DNA of 24,348 nt from positions 1 to 24,348 of the IMG/VR virus record IMGVR_UViG_3300032277_000077. One strand, 5' to 3'. The stretch comes from a virus (Duplodnaviria; Caudoviricetes). The position numbers and the translations under genes were made by a program. A model generated the notes under the pieces. That model made no database searches. It was not told where the DNA came from and worked only from the letters and a program-made list of their open reading frames with translations. Shown here piece by piece: positions 17,049 through 24,348 of this stretch (within the stretch, counting starts at the first letter, position 1; every line of letters begins with the position of its first letter).

Positions 17049-17888
17049 TTAAAGAGCCGCGTCAGCAGTGATTTTAACACCATAGCTGTCGTCTAGCTCA
17101 GCAACACCATAAACAGCAGTAGCAACTAACTCAGTGCCTCTGCGTGTAGCATTACGTTGTGTCTCAAGGTTGAACTCAGATTTAAGAGCAATAGCAAGTG
17201 CTTCTGGAGCAAATACTGCCGCAACTGCATCATCATCACCATCAACTGCAACATTAGCTGACTCATATACATCAATACCTGCGATAGTACCAACATACCC
17301 TGAACGCATAGCTTCGTTTTGTAGCTCACCGCCATTAGGGTTAACCATAGTGTTGGTTAGGTTAGCTTTTAAAGCATAGGCTTGGAACGGATGCACAACA
17401 GCCGCCATAGAGCCAGTTACTTTGTTAGCTCGTAGAGTAGCCGCCGCTTTAAATAAATCAGCAACAGTAATCTCAGAACCTGCCGCGCCTAAAGCACCAG
17501 AGAAGCCAGAGAACAAAGCAATAAGATCAGAATCAATCTTAGTAGCGATAGCGTTACCAAGAACAGTACCAAGCTCATCAGCAGGGTTGCCTGCGCCCAT
17601 AGCCGCAAGATCAGTTAAAAGTACGCTGTTACCTACTTCTGAACAGGTTACTGTTACAGATGAAGTTGATACGTCAGTATCAGCAGGAGCAGTACCTTCA
17701 TCCAAAGCCGCCGCAGTTACCGCAGGATACTTAGGAATTTGTACAGTTTTACCTGCCTGACCTGCAATATTGTACTGAGTTACAAGACCTAGCATTAGGC
17801 TTTGCTCTTCAGCAGTGAAACGGGCTTGCGCCACAATGTTGACAAATAGATCGTCTAAAGTTGTTGAATTAGTTCCTGATATAGCCAT
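17049..17888 (-). CDS. Major capsid protein (HK97 fold), 279 aa
   Basis: After the scaffold; GKTVQIP, AIATKIDSDL, VHP, GYVGTIAGIDVYES and ETQRNA...YGV motifs; GAGG RBS. Confidence 0.88.
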   Translation of the reverse strand: MAISGTNSTTLDDLFVNIVAQARFTAEEQSLMLGLVTQYNIAGQAGKTVQIPKYPAVTAAALDEGTAPADTDVSTSSVTVTCSEVGNSVLLTDLAAMGAGNPADELGTVLGNAIATKIDSDLIALFSGFSGALGAAGSEITVADLFKAAATLRANKVTGSMAAVVHPFQAYALKANLTNTMVNPNGGELQNEAMRSGYVGTIAGIDVYESANVAVDGDDDAVAAVFAPEALAIALKSEFNLETQRNATRRGTELVATAVYGVAELDDSYGVKITADAAL

Positions 17889-17921
17889 TTTAAAACCTCA
17901 ATAAATAGAAAGAAAAATAAT

Positions 17922-18590
17922 TTAGCCTTTCCTCTTCATAGCGGCATAGGCTTCTTTGCCACCGCTATTCCAATTCTCGACCATCCAATCCACCGATTGA
18001 GGCTTCGGAGTAGAGCCACCTGCGTTACCCATACTACCTGCACCGCCACCAGAGGCGCGTACAAAGTGTGGGTTAGCAGTCAAAAATTCTGTAACCATCT
18101 CATCGACAGATAACAGATCACCTTTATCATTATATCTAGGTGTTCCGTTATTATCTACAATCTCGACAACACCATCTTCATTAAGTCTGGTCTTGCCTTT
18201 CAGGAGTTGTGTTACCTGTGCTGTATCAACTGCGTTATTACGACTAGCGGCAGTGGTTAACTGTCCATCAATTAACGTCTCTTGCAATCTAGTTTTATAA
18301 CTGTTGATAACTGCATCTTTCTTTTCGACTGTTTGCTTCAAGATAGAATCAAACTCTCCGCGCTGTTTCTGTTGCTCTAGTTCAGCCTGTTCTCGTTGTT
18401 CAAGTAACTCTTTGGCTTCATCTAAGTTAATGCCACCTAGTTTCTTGTCAAACTTGCGCTGTTCTCTAGCAATCCGATCAGCTACGATACGGTCTAGTTC
18501 TTCTTGCGAAAACGTCTTTGCCTGAGTTGTCTCTGTTGCCACTGTCTCAGTTACAGCTTCATCTACGGTTTCCATGATTTCATCGCTCAT
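17922..18590 (-). CDS. Capsid scaffolding protein
   Basis: KTFSQEELDRIVADRIAREQRK, coiled coil, FL..NPHF then Gly-rich tail. Confidence 0.8.
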   Translation of the reverse strand: MSDEIMETVDEAVTETVATETTQAKTFSQEELDRIVADRIAREQRKFDKKLGGINLDEAKELLEQREQAELEQQKQRGEFDSILKQTVEKKDAVINSYKTRLQETLIDGQLTTAASRNNAVDTAQVTQLLKGKTRLNEDGVVEIVDNNGTPRYNDKGDLLSVDEMVTEFLTANPHFVRASGGGAGSMGNAGGSTPKPQSVDWMVENWNSGGKEAYAAMKRKG

Positions 18591-18626
18591 GTTACGAACC
18601 TCACTAAGAGTAATTGGTGAATCGTT

Positions 18627-18637
18627 AGTTTAACACA
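18627..18637 (-). promoter_or_regulatory. Possible extended -10 promoter upstream of scaffold-capsid
   Basis: TGTGTTAAACT in the only sizeable gap of the head module; would pair with the terminator at 17010-17040. Confidence 0.3.
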
Positions 18638-18639
18638 AG

Positions 18640-18714
18640 TTATTTCTTTGTCTTGCGTTTCTTTTTCTTTGGTCTACCGACCTTGCTTCCGTATGTTCCT
18701 GCACCCTTTGGCAT
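18640..18714 (-). CDS. 24-aa basic peptide MPKGAGTYGSKVGRPKKKKRKTKK (absent from the ORF track)
   Basis: GAGGT 7 nt upstream of ATG 18714; fills the gap; GRPKK AT-hook-like motif. Confidence 0.7.
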   Translation of the reverse strand: MPKGAGTYGSKVGRPKKKKRKTKK

Positions 18715-18726
18715 AGTCTTTACCTC

Positions 18727-19473
18727 TTAATCAAAAACTGGTCTGAACCTATGGCGGCAGTTATAGCCACCTGCTGTAGCAAATGCGTTTGAACTACTTT
18801 TACCTGCCCACTCGCCTTGCCAAATTTCTCTAATCTCATCTATTGTGTAAACTTTATTAACGTGCTTCTGGCAAAAGTCTCTTGTTACTTCGTCATCTGC
18901 GCCTTTATAAATAAACTTTTCTGCTCCTGAATCTAAAGCAACTTTAACATTAACTGTTCTATCAAACTGCGTTAAAGAATCATGTACTTGTTGCTTAACA
19001 TATCTACCCATGCCATCTGCGACAGTAGCTTTAACTGCGGCAACACTAGCGGCAAATGTAGTTCCTGTTAATGTGCTTTCATATACTTGCTTTGCTAAAA
19101 CATCAAGATACTCAACACCTAAATCTTCAAGTCCCTGAAACGACATTAATTGTAACTGGCTAATAACATCAGGGTCTAAATCTATAACATCGCCATAAGT
19201 GCCTAACATTGTTACAGCATCATCAGCTACGCCTTTATAATCTCTTACAATGCTATCAACTTCTGTTAAGTATTCTTCTGTAATAATCTGTCTCAACTCA
19301 ACTCTAGCATTTAACGCCCATTGTAAATCAAACAACTCACCATCTTTTAGCGGTGCAGTAGCCATTAGGTCTGCAACCCTATCTTCCATTTTTACTAACG
19401 CAGAGGCGATGCGCTCTTCATGTCTTTCAGCCAACCTTTCAACAATGCTGTAGTGGTCAGTATCAGCCGCCAT
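18727..19473 (-). CDS. Head morphogenesis / minor capsid protein (SPP1 gp7 / Mu F-like)
   Basis: After the portal; C-terminal D..TRDFC...GGYNCRH motif. Confidence 0.8.
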   Translation of the reverse strand: MAADTDHYSIVERLAERHEERIASALVKMEDRVADLMATAPLKDGELFDLQWALNARVELRQIITEEYLTEVDSIVRDYKGVADDAVTMLGTYGDVIDLDPDVISQLQLMSFQGLEDLGVEYLDVLAKQVYESTLTGTTFAASVAAVKATVADGMGRYVKQQVHDSLTQFDRTVNVKVALDSGAEKFIYKGADDEVTRDFCQKHVNKVYTIDEIREIWQGEWAGKSSSNAFATAGGYNCRHRFRPVFD

Positions 19474-20851
19474 TAGTTATTTCATCCGCAAAGTTGCCAA
19501 TGCGCTGTGAGCCTGCTTCTATTTCTGTATGCGCTTTTACTAACGTATCATCATCTAAAATAAGATCTGCAATCTTCTTATCAATCTCTTGCGCTAATGT
19601 TTCAGACTGTACGCCAGTTGCTCGCATTTGCTGTAAAAATACTAACTCTTTGTCATAGTCTCTTAGGTCGAACGCATCAGGATAAAACACTTCTACGTCA
19701 TTGGTTACTTGTTGCCACTGACAGAACAGGTCAAATATCTGCTCTTCTGCTAGTTCCAATATATCTGCTTTCTCAGCCAGTTTAGCGTTTAGCATCTGGA
19801 ACTCTGTCTGCATCGCTACGCCTGACTGTGTCATTGCCTGTGTGCCACGCACTGCGCCCATGTGAGCCATACGGTTAATAGATTCTACCTTGTCCTTAAT
19901 AGACTTCATTACAGCATCAAGGTTCGCCCCTGACGGTTGCATCTGGTACGGCTTTAGGTTGCCATCCATATCATCAGGCAGGTTAATGATTGCGCCTGCA
20001 CCTGCACTAGCATCTGTCTCGAACGTCTTAACTAGCGTTGGGTGATTACTAATACGAATCAACTGCTCTACTTCTGATAACTCTTGGTATATAGCGCGTT
20101 GCATATAAGACACATCAGAAATATCGCTTGTACCAATGCCACGTAAAGGTGAACGGTTAGCAGGTAGGAAAACAGCAGGTATCTTGCCTAGTGTGTTGTC
20201 GATAGTCTCTAGGTGCTGTTCTTCATTGTTAGTGGCTCGCCAAGTCTCAATAGTATCTTCGCGCCATACTCTGTAATAAACCTCAGTTTCAGTGTGACTA
20301 ATGCGGTCTACTGATTCCCTAACCTTTAAGTAGACTAGCTTATGTCTGCCACTAGCTGTACGCTCATACTTCCAATCAAATACATTTTCGGGGGTGATTA
20401 GAGTTATATAAGGTCTAATCTCTTGCTCTAGTTCTTCTGCCCTTGTAGATGCATTAGACTGCGGCTTATCAATCATTAGCCAAACGTGACCATAAACGCT
20501 AGACCATACCTGCGCCTGTCTCATAAACGCATCAAAGCTACGACCATCTAAATCAGCATCTTTTAAAAATGGTTGCAGTGATGAATCATTAGCTAGGTTG
20601 CCAAATGCTCTTGTAGGCGGTACGCGCCATAGAAAGCTAGAGTAAATGTGGACAATGTTCTTACAGTGATTGTCCATTGGAGTAAGGTCTAAACGCCTTG
20701 CATATTCGTCTTTGTCTTCTGAGATGTAGCTTGTTAGGTAGCCACCATCTTTATAATCTTCACCACCCATGTAGCTTCTTAGATAAAAAGACCATCTGTG
20801 CTTGTAGTCTTCGTATATTGGGTGTGTGTTGTCAATTACGCTGTTTTCCAT
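19463..20851 (-). CDS. Portal protein, ~462 aa
   Basis: After TerL (TGATG coupling); YMGG, DADLDG, YGHVWLMID, LGKIP and SGVA motifs. Confidence 0.88.
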   Translation of the reverse strand: MENSVIDNTHPIYEDYKHRWSFYLRSYMGGEDYKDGGYLTSYISEDKDEYARRLDLTPMDNHCKNIVHIYSSFLWRVPPTRAFGNLANDSSLQPFLKDADLDGRSFDAFMRQAQVWSSVYGHVWLMIDKPQSNASTRAEELEQEIRPYITLITPENVFDWKYERTASGRHKLVYLKVRESVDRISHTETEVYYRVWREDTIETWRATNNEEQHLETIDNTLGKIPAVFLPANRSPLRGIGTSDISDVSYMQRAIYQELSEVEQLIRISNHPTLVKTFETDASAGAGAIINLPDDMDGNLKPYQMQPSGANLDAVMKSIKDKVESINRMAHMGAVRGTQAMTQSGVAMQTEFQMLNAKLAEKADILELAEEQIFDLFCQWQQVTNDVEVFYPDAFDLRDYDKELVFLQQMRATGVQSETLAQEIDKKIADLILDDDTLVKAHTEIEAGSQRIGNFADEITNGG

Positions 20852-22077
20852 CAAGTCCACCTAGTCGGTTGTGTGGTGTTATATTCAGTTCTGATCGGGA
20901 ACAAATACTCTACCAAATAGCCTAACGCATCATTCATGTGGTCAGTGCCATCTTTATTAGGAATACTTGTACCCTCTTTATATGTCTGTCTTTCTAAACT
21001 CTTAATGGTTTGCTTGCACTTTGGGCTAACAAACAAATGCCGTTCACCATCTCCAGATAACAAACGACTGTTTACCGCATTGATTCTATCCCTGACCAAT
21101 GGGTGAGCTTTCTTCGCCTTAACGCTAAATCCTGCGTTTTGTAAGATCGACAAATCAGTCCGACCACCTGCGCTTGTTTTGCGCTGTCTTGATGCGGGGT
21201 CAGGGTAGATAATACAGTGCCGATCAGGATACCTATCCTTTATCTCAGCAACCATCTCATCAGTGTTTGACCCATACATTACAATCTCATCTATCGCCAG
21301 TAAGTCTTGTCCATGCCTCAAGCATATAACAGCACTCATTGGGTCTAAGTTGAAATCCATGCCAATATGTAAAGTGCCACCAGTATCTTCTATAGGTTGT
21401 ACTGACAGTTCTCTACTAAATGCATAATATATCAAACCAGAGTAAGTAACAAATTCTGCGCAGTATTCTTGGTTAAAAGTGCGCTCATCTAAGTCCATTC
21501 TGGCTTGTTCTATTTCTTCTTCTGGTACGTTGCCACCATCAATGGTTGTATATTGATAACTCTCCCAACCATCTTGCGCTGTTAAACCTGTTGCCCATAA
21601 GTCATAGAAATGGTTTCTGCCTTTAGGCGTACCGATAAACAATGATCTGGTCGGGCTGTCCTCAGTATGCCTATCAGATAAACTTGGTCTAATAACTTCG
21701 CTCCAAGTTTCAGGCTTCATATCTGCAAACTCATCTAGCACTACAAAGTCTAATGCTCTACCGCGTAGGTTGTTAGGCTTCTCTGCGCCTTTAAGGCTAA
21801 TGGTCGAACCGTTAATCAGTTTGATCGTTAACGCTGTCTCATTAGTCTTAGCTATGTATTCTTCTGGGATAGTGTGAATCAGCATATCCCAAGCAATCTC
21901 TTTAGCAGAGCCATAGGTGGGGGCGATATACCATACGTTTCTATTCTTACCGCCAATAGCCGCCCTAAGTATTTCTATGGTAGACAAAAACGTCTTGCCA
22001 AACCTACGCCCTGCAACAACAGTTCTAAATCTAGCAGGTGATGTAAATATCTCAGTCTGAGGGGTTGTCAGTAGCAT
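20851..22077 (-). CDS. terL: Terminase large subunit
   Basis: Walker A VAGRRFGKT, Walker B FVVLDE, motif GTPKG, RNase H-like GMDFN and DHMNDA. Confidence 0.95.
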   Translation of the reverse strand: MLLTTPQTEIFTSPARFRTVVAGRRFGKTFLSTIEILRAAIGGKNRNVWYIAPTYGSAKEIAWDMLIHTIPEEYIAKTNETALTIKLINGSTISLKGAEKPNNLRGRALDFVVLDEFADMKPETWSEVIRPSLSDRHTEDSPTRSLFIGTPKGRNHFYDLWATGLTAQDGWESYQYTTIDGGNVPEEEIEQARMDLDERTFNQEYCAEFVTYSGLIYYAFSRELSVQPIEDTGGTLHIGMDFNLDPMSAVICLRHGQDLLAIDEIVMYGSNTDEMVAEIKDRYPDRHCIIYPDPASRQRKTSAGGRTDLSILQNAGFSVKAKKAHPLVRDRINAVNSRLLSGDGERHLFVSPKCKQTIKSLERQTYKEGTSIPNKDGTDHMNDALGYLVEYLFPIRTEYNTTQPTRWT

Positions 22078-22429
22078 TGCTTAATACAATATTCAATGGT
22101 GGTATTTCTAAAGGCTCTTGCTGTTCTTCTTTCCAACCGCCCTGCGTTTTCAAATAAAAGATATTAGCTGATACATTACCTGCTTTAGCTAACTGCACTA
22201 GGTTACTACCCATGCTTGCTATCTGTTTAACTTTACCCTTTTTATATGCGGTATTTACTTCTGGCTGTCGCTTCTCTACTTCTCTTAAAGTTTTCTCTGT
22301 TATACCGAAATAATCAGCTACTTGGCTTTTGTTAAGTACAGCAGATAGTGCCTGTAGTTCTATGATCTGTTGATCGGTAAATACTACTGGTGGTCTGCCG
22401 CCCCCTTCGCCTTGTTTGCCATTCTTCAT
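22052..22429 (-). CDS. terS: Terminase small subunit
   Basis: GGGRP N-terminus, HTH (KSQVADYFGITEKTL), GNVSANIFYLKTQGGW; overlaps terL. Confidence 0.8.
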   Translation of the reverse strand: MKNGKQGEGGGRPPVVFTDQQIIELQALSAVLNKSQVADYFGITEKTLREVEKRQPEVNTAYKKGKVKQIASMGSNLVQLAKAGNVSANIFYLKTQGGWKEEQQEPLEIPPLNIVLSNATDNPSD

Positions 22430-22431
22430 AT

Positions 22432-23508
22432 TTATCCTACATATTCAAAAGATGCTGTTAATCTTTCAGTAGATGTTGCTTTAGTTTTATTGCTAAACCC
22501 ACTGCTTTTGCCTGCGGGCTGTACTCTTGACGGCTTTCTAACCATAAGCCAGTTTTTAGATTGTTGCAGTCCATGTATAAAATTAGGCGCAGATGTAACA
22601 AGTCTTATTCTGCATCCATCTGTTTTGTATTTTTTCGCTAAAACTGACATAAACTTTCCACCTATCCCTATTCCTTGATAATCAGGCTTTACAACTATCC
22701 TATGTATTCTTTTGCAGTTTTTCACTTTTGCGTGTGGAAAATGCAAAAAGCTACACCATGCAACTGGTTCACCATCGATTTCTGCAATATATCTATGCGC
22801 TGATTTGTTATGTTCAGCACTTAAATAATGAAACTCTTTAAATAATTTCCATTCTGATTGGTCTGCTTTACGGATATTGACTTTAATATCTGGTCGCCTA
22901 AGACGCCCCCGATAAAACTCTTTTTTATTGACATCATATACCCAGTCAGGTTCTAACCATTCTTCAATATCATAATGACAAGAAACAGCTATAAATTGTT
23001 TATCTTCTTTTCTGATAAATTTTTGTATAGCCGAACTACCAATCTGTGCGACTTGTCTATCAACAACAGATGTAAACTCGTCATATATAACTGGTTTATC
23101 AGTTTCCAATATTAAACGCGCCAATTCTGCGCGCATCTTTTGACCGTTAGATAATACACCAAACGGCTTTAACCAATCTGGCGGGCTTGAAAAACCAACC
23201 TTTGATAATGCTTCGGTTATTTGCTTTGGCGACAGCCCATCTTCAAAGTCATCAATAATAGTTTTATCAGACCAATCAAAACCTTCAAATAATTCAAAGT
23301 CTTTAAATACATTTTTGGCTATAGTTGTTTTACCTGAACCGCTTGCTCCAACTATTAAGCCTATATTCCATTTTTCATCTTCAATCGGTATATTAACATC
23401 AAATTCTTTTTTTATAATTGAAGCATCATAATCAAATTGCCCTTTAACCTTTTCTACGCGGAAACTTGATGGAATCTTCGTTTCAATTACAAACTTTGAA
23501 CTTGGCAT
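22432..23508 (-). CDS. ABC-type ATPase fused to a C-terminal GNAT acetyltransferase domain
   Basis: Walker A GASGSGKTT, signature LSNGQKMR, Walker B VIYDEF, H-loop VSCH; GNAT with FHYLS and motif A RIVVKPDYQGIGIG. Confidence 0.88.
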   Translation of the reverse strand: MPSSKFVIETKIPSSFRVEKVKGQFDYDASIIKKEFDVNIPIEDEKWNIGLIVGASGSGKTTIAKNVFKDFELFEGFDWSDKTIIDDFEDGLSPKQITEALSKVGFSSPPDWLKPFGVLSNGQKMRAELARLILETDKPVIYDEFTSVVDRQVAQIGSSAIQKFIRKEDKQFIAVSCHYDIEEWLEPDWVYDVNKKEFYRGRLRRPDIKVNIRKADQSEWKLFKEFHYLSAEHNKSAHRYIAEIDGEPVAWCSFLHFPHAKVKNCKRIHRIVVKPDYQGIGIGGKFMSVLAKKYKTDGCRIRLVTSAPNFIHGLQQSKNWLMVRKPSRVQPAGKSSGFSNKTKATSTERLTASFEYVG

Positions 23509-24029
23509 TCATACCCCTTTTCTAGTAATTCGTTATAAACTCGTTCCTGATGGCTTTCATCTTTACAGCTAACAATAATATTAAATACTTCTTTATAATC
23601 TTCTTCTTCTAATTCTGGCTCAGTTTCTTCCAAGCCGTCTATAATTGCTGACAATTCATCATCATCAAACCCAAGCAAAGATAGATCAATATCATCGCCT
23701 ATATCCAACATTTCTAACTTTAACGCCTCATAATCCCAATCAGCATTTAAAGCTAATTTATTATCAGCAATGACATAGGCTTTGCGCTGTGCTTCTGATA
23801 ATCCTTTTAATGTTATTGTTGGCACTTTGTCCAAATTTAAAACTTGGGCGGCTTGCAATCTACCATGACCTGCTATTATACCATCTTGCTCATCTATTAA
23901 TATCGGGTTAGTAAAACCAAACTCCTTAATACTAGATGCTACTTGCTGAACCTGTTGTTCGCTATGTGTTCTACTATTATTGACGTATGGTATTAACTCC
24001 CCAGTTTCCCTATAGTTTATTTTCAACAT
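23487..24029 (-). CDS. ParB/Srx N-terminal domain protein (no methyltransferase domain)
   Basis: LIPYVNNSRTH...SIKEFGFTNPILID...IIAGHGRLQAA...ADNKLALNADWD; acidic linker and small C-terminal domain. Confidence 0.88.
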   Translation of the reverse strand: MLKINYRETGELIPYVNNSRTHSEQQVQQVASSIKEFGFTNPILIDEQDGIIAGHGRLQAAQVLNLDKVPTITLKGLSEAQRKAYVIADNKLALNADWDYEALKLEMLDIGDDIDLSLLGFDDDELSAIIDGLEETEPELEEEDYKEVFNIIVSCKDESHQERVYNELLEKGYECQVQSL

Positions 24030-24283
24030 TACAAATCTGCTCCGAACACCTGTCTGGTATTCATCTTGGGGTTCTTGATTATTATATCATGCTCTTGTGG
24101 TGGTAGTCCTTTGGTGCGGCAGTCAACCGCATCTTTCCAGAAGACTAATGCTGTTTTGATCTGATGCCCTGCACTAGGGTTCTCGATTAGGCTCTGGGTG
24201 ATCTCGTCTAGCTTAGACAATAGATCAGTCCATCCGTTCTCTTTACAAGTGTTGATCTTGTTAGTTAGCTCTAGGCTCATCAT
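24029..24283 (-). CDS. Hypothetical protein, 84 aa
   Basis: GAGGT RBS; TAATG coupling to the ParB-like gene. Confidence 0.7.
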   Translation of the reverse strand: MMSLELTNKINTCKENGWTDLLSKLDEITQSLIENPSAGHQIKTALVFWKDAVDCRTKGLPPQEHDIIIKNPKMNTRQVFGADL

Positions 24284-24319
24284 AGTAGTTACCTCATTAT
24301 TGGTTCTATCTATCGCCTA

Positions 24320-24347
24320 TATACTATAACTAATGCTTTACAGTCAA
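24320..24347 (-). promoter_or_regulatory. Possible promoter for the packaging operon
   Basis: TTGACT followed by TATAGTATAT, but spacings to candidate -10 hexamers (13, 15 or 18 nt) are non-ideal. Confidence 0.3.
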
Positions 24348-24348
24348 G

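Larger units (their letters stand above)
1..24348 (-). mobile_element. Siphovirus-like phage genome segment (packaging, head, tail, lysis and part of the early module)
   Basis: Co-oriented, tightly packed terminase-portal-scaffold-capsid-tail-tape measure-tip-holin-endolysin order; no host genes. Free phage versus prophage cannot be decided from this window. Confidence 0.95.

Noticed and set aside
17000-17083. N-terminal extension of the 119-aa ORF
   Set aside because: It overlaps the capsid gene end and the terminator; the true start is ATG 16999 with GAGG.
477-22678. Other plus-strand ORFs of 60-112 aa and the nested minus ORF 17126-17335
   Set aside because: All lie within well-supported minus-strand genes and have no recognisable motifs.
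22432-23508. ABC ATPase as a transporter subunit (auxiliary metabolic gene)
   Set aside because: No permease or binding-protein gene is present; it is fused to a GNAT and embedded in the packaging operon.
1-24348. CRISPR array, diversity-generating retroelement, tRNA, intron/intein or alternative genetic code
   Set aside because: No repeat-spacer series, reverse transcriptase, template/variable repeat pair or cloverleaf seen; core genes are full length and uninterrupted under the standard code, with TAA, TGA and TAG all used as stops.

Overview
The whole window is a tailed dsDNA phage segment of lambda/GTA-like siphovirus type, and its protein families resemble those of uncultured marine proteobacterial phages. 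No host genes, integrase, tRNA, rRNA or CRISPR array are visible. All credible genes are on the minus strand. In transcription order (right to left): small hypothetical, ParB-like protein, ABC-ATPase/GNAT fusion, TerS, TerL, portal, head morphogenesis protein, 24-aa basic peptide, scaffold, major capsid, basic protein, head-tail proteins, tail tube, tail chaperone with a -1 frameshift, tape measure, distal tail, L-like tip protein, GNAT, J-like tip protein, fibre/adaptor genes, four envelope-targeted genes, holin, 237-aa hypothetical, M15 endolysin, terminator, then an early module (65-aa protein, Sak-like recombinase, 63-aa secreted peptide, SSB-like protein, HTH regulator). Most notable: (1) a ParB + ABC-ATPase/Mom-like GNAT module coupled to the terminase, a candidate DNA-modification system; (2) a candidate ~58-nt plus-strand small RNA whose anti-Shine-Dalgarno seed matches the identical leaders of ssb and the 63-aa gene, which is flanked by a 17-bp direct repeat; (3) a coupled cassette of signal-peptide/membrane proteins ahead of the holin; (4) strong avoidance of GCWGC, CCAGC, CCWGG and CCGG. 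Product calls rest on motif recognition and synteny only, and motif counts are manual.
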